60,000 nt of DNA from Malacoraja senta (Eukaryota), in contig CM075990.1 of the NCBI GenBank assembly GCA_038087875.1, forward strand, positions 6,264,001-6,324,000, in the 5' to 3' direction. The first letter of the stretch is position 1; every line of letters begins with the position of its first letter. A model generated the notes under the pieces. It saw only the letters and a program-made list of their open reading frames with translations, was not told the origin of the DNA and did not search any database. The translations under genes and the position numbers were made by a program. Of the stretch, positions 54,870 through 60,000 are shown piece by piece.

Positions 54870-56582
54870 TGAACCAAGCCTTCGCAATGAAGTTCTTTCC
54901 CTCCGCAGATGCTGCCTGACCCATTGAATTCACCCAACACTGTTTTTTGCTGAAGATTACAACAAAAAAAGTTTGGGACTAATGTCTTGTTTTTCCTTAC
55001 AGCCTACTGCAGTTTCTTGTAGCTCTCATATTCATCAAGGTTATAATTATCAACTATTTCACAAAATGATGAATATTGGCCAAGACACTATTGATTACCT
55101 CCCTGCTTCTTTGAACCTTTTAATCTACCTGAGAAAGTAGATGGGTTCTCGGTTTAACGGTTCATCCCAAATTGCTTCCTATGATTGTGTATCAATTAGA
55201 ATTTCACGGGACTATCAGTTTATGTTTCGGTCCTGAAGTCATTGCATTAAGAAGGAAAGGGGGAAGGGGATGCCAGAAAAACTGGCAAGATGAATTCAAA
55301 ATCCGCTTGCTTTCCAAAGGAATGATTTGGGACTGGAAAATTGCAGCTTTGAGCAAAGATTGGATAACCTTGTGTTGTTATCTTTGAATAGAGAAGGCTT
55401 AATTGAGTTTTCTCTATTTTACATGAAATTGCTAGGATTAAATAGAGCACAATTGGAAGGGCCTATTTCTCTTAGTCGAGGGATCAAAATCCAAAGGGCC
55501 AAGATTCAAAGTATTTTGTTGAAGGGTTCGCGGGGAGGTGAACATTTTCTTCCTCCAGCAGTTGCTGGAAATTAGAACTCATTGCAAGAGAGGATATGTT
55601 GGTAATGAATTGGGATCTAAAGGGCTGTAGGCCTAATGGTGGAAGCTGCAATTAGGTTCACCTGCTCCCTTTTACTGGCATGGATGTGATGGGCCAAATG
55701 GCCTCCTTCTGTGCAACAAAGTGTCTGTGATCCTTTAAATGGCCTCTAGTGATTTTTTTAGCAGAACCTGGGAGTAATGTGCATTGAAGAACTGATGTTC
55801 AGAGCCACTATCAGCATCACTTGCTTATTTGGGACAAAGCCAAGCAGCTCATCAAGAGGATCCATAACGGTTCACAAAACCAAATGAAGGTGAATTGTGC
55901 AATGAGTCTGCCCGGAGGTTGTATATGCAGGGTGATGAATTGACTGACGCAACTGAAACATGCAAGTGTGAGCAATGATACTGAGCTTGTCCCGCAAGCC
56001 CAGATGTTCGAATTTTCAATTGAACTAAGAAGAGGAATACTTTACAACTTCCTCCAAATGTTATACTTTAAGGATCAAACTGCACTTCACACACGCCCGC
56101 TGCTCCACCCACCTAACCAGGGAGGTACAATTTTACATAATATTATCAAATTACAATGAGACATGTTATCCCTATCAGTTGTGTCCTGACTTTAATGAGT
56201 GAAGCAAATCAGGGTCAACTTAGCCTTAAAAGACATTTAAAAGGCATTTCCTGTAGTGCAAACTAGTATGTTAGATATTGTTCACCCCGACACAATAGAA
56301 ATAACACATGTGTGGTGTTTAATGCTGATTTTAAATTTTAAAGAAGATATAATGTTAAAATTGAGGAGATAAAAATGGAAAGTGTTTGTGGATAGGATAA
56401 TATAGCAGAATTAAAATGTGTAAGATATTGTTCATTTTCATATATTTATAATTTGGCCTCATTTTGTTTGCATTTAAGAAACCCACGGACCATGATAATA
56501 TGAAATGACTGTTTGAACATTTGTCTTTGAAGAAGTAATTGTGCTTCAGATAAAGATATGGGCCGATGTACTAAGATTTTAA

Positions 56583-56805
56583 AGGGCCTGTCCCACTTGG
56601 GCGTCATTTACGCGACATCATTTGCCCGTCACAACGCACACGTGATGCGCGCCTGGCGTGCATTCCGCGCGCATGGCACGTGGTGAGGCGTGGTGGCGTA
56701 GGCAGTGATGCGCGGTTGTGCGCGGCGCCCCAGGATTTTGGGATTCACAAAATCTTTGCGCGCACCTGCGTGATGCGCAAATGACGCCCAAGTGAGACAG
56801 GCCCT
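56583..56805. mobile_element. CpG-rich MITE, same family as 2701-2924
   Basis: Same TIRs and internal sequence; nested in a CR1 RT fragment. Confidence 0.85.
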
Positions 56806-57364
56806 TTAGAATTCTTTTGATAAGGTGCCTCATCAAAGGATATTGCAGAAAGGTAAAAGTTCACGATGTTAACAGTGTTTTGGCATGGATACAGGGCACC
56901 TGCTAAAAGAAACAGAAATGAGCTAAAATGTATCTTTTTCTTGTTGGCAAGATGTAATGAATGGTGCACCACATGGATCAGTTCTGGGGCCTCGTCATTA
57001 AACAACATAATTGACTTAATAAAAAAACAGAATATTTGGTTATTTTGATGATGATGCAAAGATAGATAGGAAATTAAAAACATGTGGCTGGAGGAACTCA
57101 GTGGTTCAGGCAGCATTGCAGATGGAAATGAACAGATGATGTTACAGACCCGTCTGAAGAATTAGATATGTTGGTGGCATTTAAAAGACTTTTGGACAGG
57201 CATGTGGATATGGAGGGAATGGAAGGAAGGATATGGGTTATGTGCAACTAGATAAGTGACAGTCTTGGCATCATGTTCGGCACCTTGTGCACCGAATGGC
57301 CTGGTCTTGTGCTATAATGTTCTATGTTCTACCCCCTTTATCAAACAACAAACTTGTGCCAGAT

Positions 57365-59318
57365 TATGTAAAAGTTTTGCAGTTTATTAATGATTACAGA
57401 AAGTACAGACGAACTGGAAAGGTACAAACTTATCAGATGTACATTTAAAACAGATTGATGCCAATACAAATGTGAAACACAATTTAACTGTTTCAGTATT
57501 TAAATCTCTTTGTATAGTGTCAAATTATGTATTCCGTTGATGCGATATTTTTTTTTTTTTTAATTTATGAGGATTTCCACGTGCTAGAAATTGAAAATTG
57601 TGTATTTTCTGTCATGTATGCATTTACGTGTTCCATGCACTTTAAAATATTCAATATCTTAAATATGACCAATTAACACATTGCTGAACCGATCAGCTGT
57701 TGAATTTTATAGCCAAATGGTTTGCTTTCCAAAATCAGCAAATGTTTAAAATACACAACAGATCAGATAGTGAAGGTCCACTCAAAATATTCACACATCA
57801 GTCCTGGTCTGCCATATGCTTCCAGCCTTCTCCCGCTGAAGTTCTGTTCCCAATAATTTTATCATTTTGTTTCTAAAATATATACATTGTTATTTAAAAA
57901 TTATAAAACACAACATTGAACAGCTTAGTTTTTTGAGTACTGATTCCAAAGTTGCAAATTCTGTCATCATTAAGAAAACAATCAAAAATATATTTAAAAA
58001 AACATTAGGAATCAAAATTAATTTCATAAAACTGCTAAAAAATGGCTGTCGTCAAATTAATTACATACAATAAAACCGTACAAAAGGCTCCATTTAATAT
58101 TTGTTCTTGGAGAGATATATTTTTGAAAGCAACAGTTAATAGAATCTTTACAACTTTAAAATATTGTCATCCATTCAAGTTAAAACTAAAGAATGCAAAT
58201 CACTATTAACACTTTAAAATTGCTTTTAATATGCTTTCAGTATGAAGTTGCCAGTCTAGCAAAATGCTACTAGCTATCTTATATAAAATTTCCTGAGCCC
58301 TGTGGATCTTTATACAATGCCCCTATGAAGTAGCATGGATTATTTTTCTTTGTGAGTTTAAATTGTGTGTAACTAAGTAATGGTCTGCATGGCACACCAG
58401 TGTTGAGGTTATTTTGGTCCCTTTGCTCTCTGTTCCACAAGTTGCCCAAATCCAAACATGATTAGACAAAGTTTTCCTTTGTTGATTCTATTAAATTGAG
58501 CAACTATGCCACTGAAACATGAATGCATTCCAGTTTGCCTTTCTATAGACGTTTTTCCATTTATGACTGCATAACCTGTTCATGTGCTCACCAGAAATGT
58601 TCCATGAAATAACCAATTTCAAATATGATCACAAGCCATGGTTAAAAAGAAAGAATTAGCAGGCTTTATGTACTAAATGTTAAAGCAAAATATTCATGTC
58701 CTACTCAAGCTCACTTAAGCTTGCTCTATTAACTATTGCATGCATCTAGCATCTTGAGGATTTAGTGGCCAACGTTACTCAAATTTAAGTACCTACACCT
58801 AGACCACAGTTTAGTAAATTAATACATTTAACTGTCCTGCAGTATTTTTTATTCTCTATTAGCACAAAAGCTTACAATATTTCCTTTACCAGAATGGGAT
58901 ATATGTATCTCATCTGTTATAAAACACAATAATAGACATTGTTATTTACGTGTGCCAAAATGTAGCTGTGTCCTGAAGAAAATGGTATAATGTAATTTGT
59001 AAGGAAGGGAATAAGTAATTAGAATTGTATAATTAGATCTAGTCTGAAAAAGGATTAGGGCCCTTAGATTTACATTGAAATAACTATAAAGTGCTTAGCA
59101 TCCAGCAGATAAGCAGTTCCAAAACCCTAATTATATTTTTGAATGCTTTCTGTGAGCTATTACCCACAGTTAACAGTGTTATGCAGATCTTGTCATAAAA
59201 CAATCCTGTTATCTGGTAGCTCGTTAATAAGTTCTATAAGAAGGGCATGTTCAACTTTACACATGTGAAGAGAGGAATACCACGGGTCACAACCTGCGTA
59301 TATCTCTTCTTCGTCCAT
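57365..59318 (-). other. Possible terminal exon / 3' UTR of an unidentified convergent gene
   Basis: Repeat-free AT-rich 2 kb; minus-strand AATAAA at 57383-57388; candidate acceptor ttgcag| at 59318 followed by a short frame xGRRRDIRRL* (stop 59287-59289). Not recognised. Confidence 0.3.
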
Positions 59319-60000
59319 CTGCAACATTTTAAATTCAAGGACAGCAAGAATACTCTCTAGATTCAGACCATTGTTTGGGTCGAGCACAGTTTAGGGTCAC
59401 TAACCATGTACAAAAGAAGTCAAGTATAACTTAAATTGCAGTTGAGAGTTCAGCGAATTAATCAGTTATGGGGTCAATCTTTGTTATATTGCATCAACAT
59501 GCAACTTTAGAGTTATTCTACTGGTCAACTAACCTATGGCTTGCATTACATTAATTACATGAGAACCTTTTCACTTGCCCTGGCTTTACATTCTCACAAC
59601 GTTTATCTTTAAACATGTGATAAATAAGGACCGAGTAGCCTGATGTTGATTGACCACGATTTTACACACTTAAATAAATGTGACAAACTCTTAATCATAC
59701 CACCTCACTAAATAAGTCTGAAATAGCCTGTTTTTTCTACTCGTACCCAGAAACTTGCAATAATGAGGGCGTGATACCAGTGCACACCCTGAAAGATTGT
59801 GGAAATGTGGATTAAGCTGAATTATTCACACAATATGTAACACCCCCTAAATTACTCCATCTTTGATGATAATTTATTGATTCCTTTACATATAACAATA
59901 GTCCTGTTTGCCAGCTACAAAATCTCACAACATAATTCTCTGCATTCAGAGGGTTTCTTTTGGTTATGGGTAGGGTGCAGCTCTTGCAAGTTCTTGAGCT

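Noticed and set aside
59740..59765. GFPT last exon (PRNL motif)
   Set aside because: Only PRNL matches and it is followed by Q-stop, not AKSVTVE.

Overview
Eukaryotic, repeat-rich vertebrate DNA. The repeats (HE1/V-SINEs, HER1/CR1 LINE tails, Penelope-derived short repeats) point to a cartilaginous fish, probably a skate or ray; this is inference. The + strand carries 12 consecutive coding exons of a glutamine:fructose-6-phosphate amidotransferase gene (GFPT/GFAT, GFPT1-like exon lengths, human exons 3-8 and 10-15) from 2487 to 44259, all with GT-AG boundaries and compatible phases. Exons 4-7 appear twice because about 10 kb is repeated across a 200-N gap (15566-15765), most likely a haplotype false duplication. 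Comparing the two copies exposes a polymorphic deleted Gypsy LTR element and a templated insertion. I could not find the last five GFPT exons after a second 200-N gap (45988-46187). The most interesting non-coding signals are a 138-bp TSD-flanked Ingi/Vingi-like short retroelement whose first 54 nt fold as a near-P4-less HDV-like ribozyme, and about 25 Penelope-derived short repeats carrying a minimal hammerhead motif, many arranged as palindromes. Nearly all ORFs in the supplied track are spurious.
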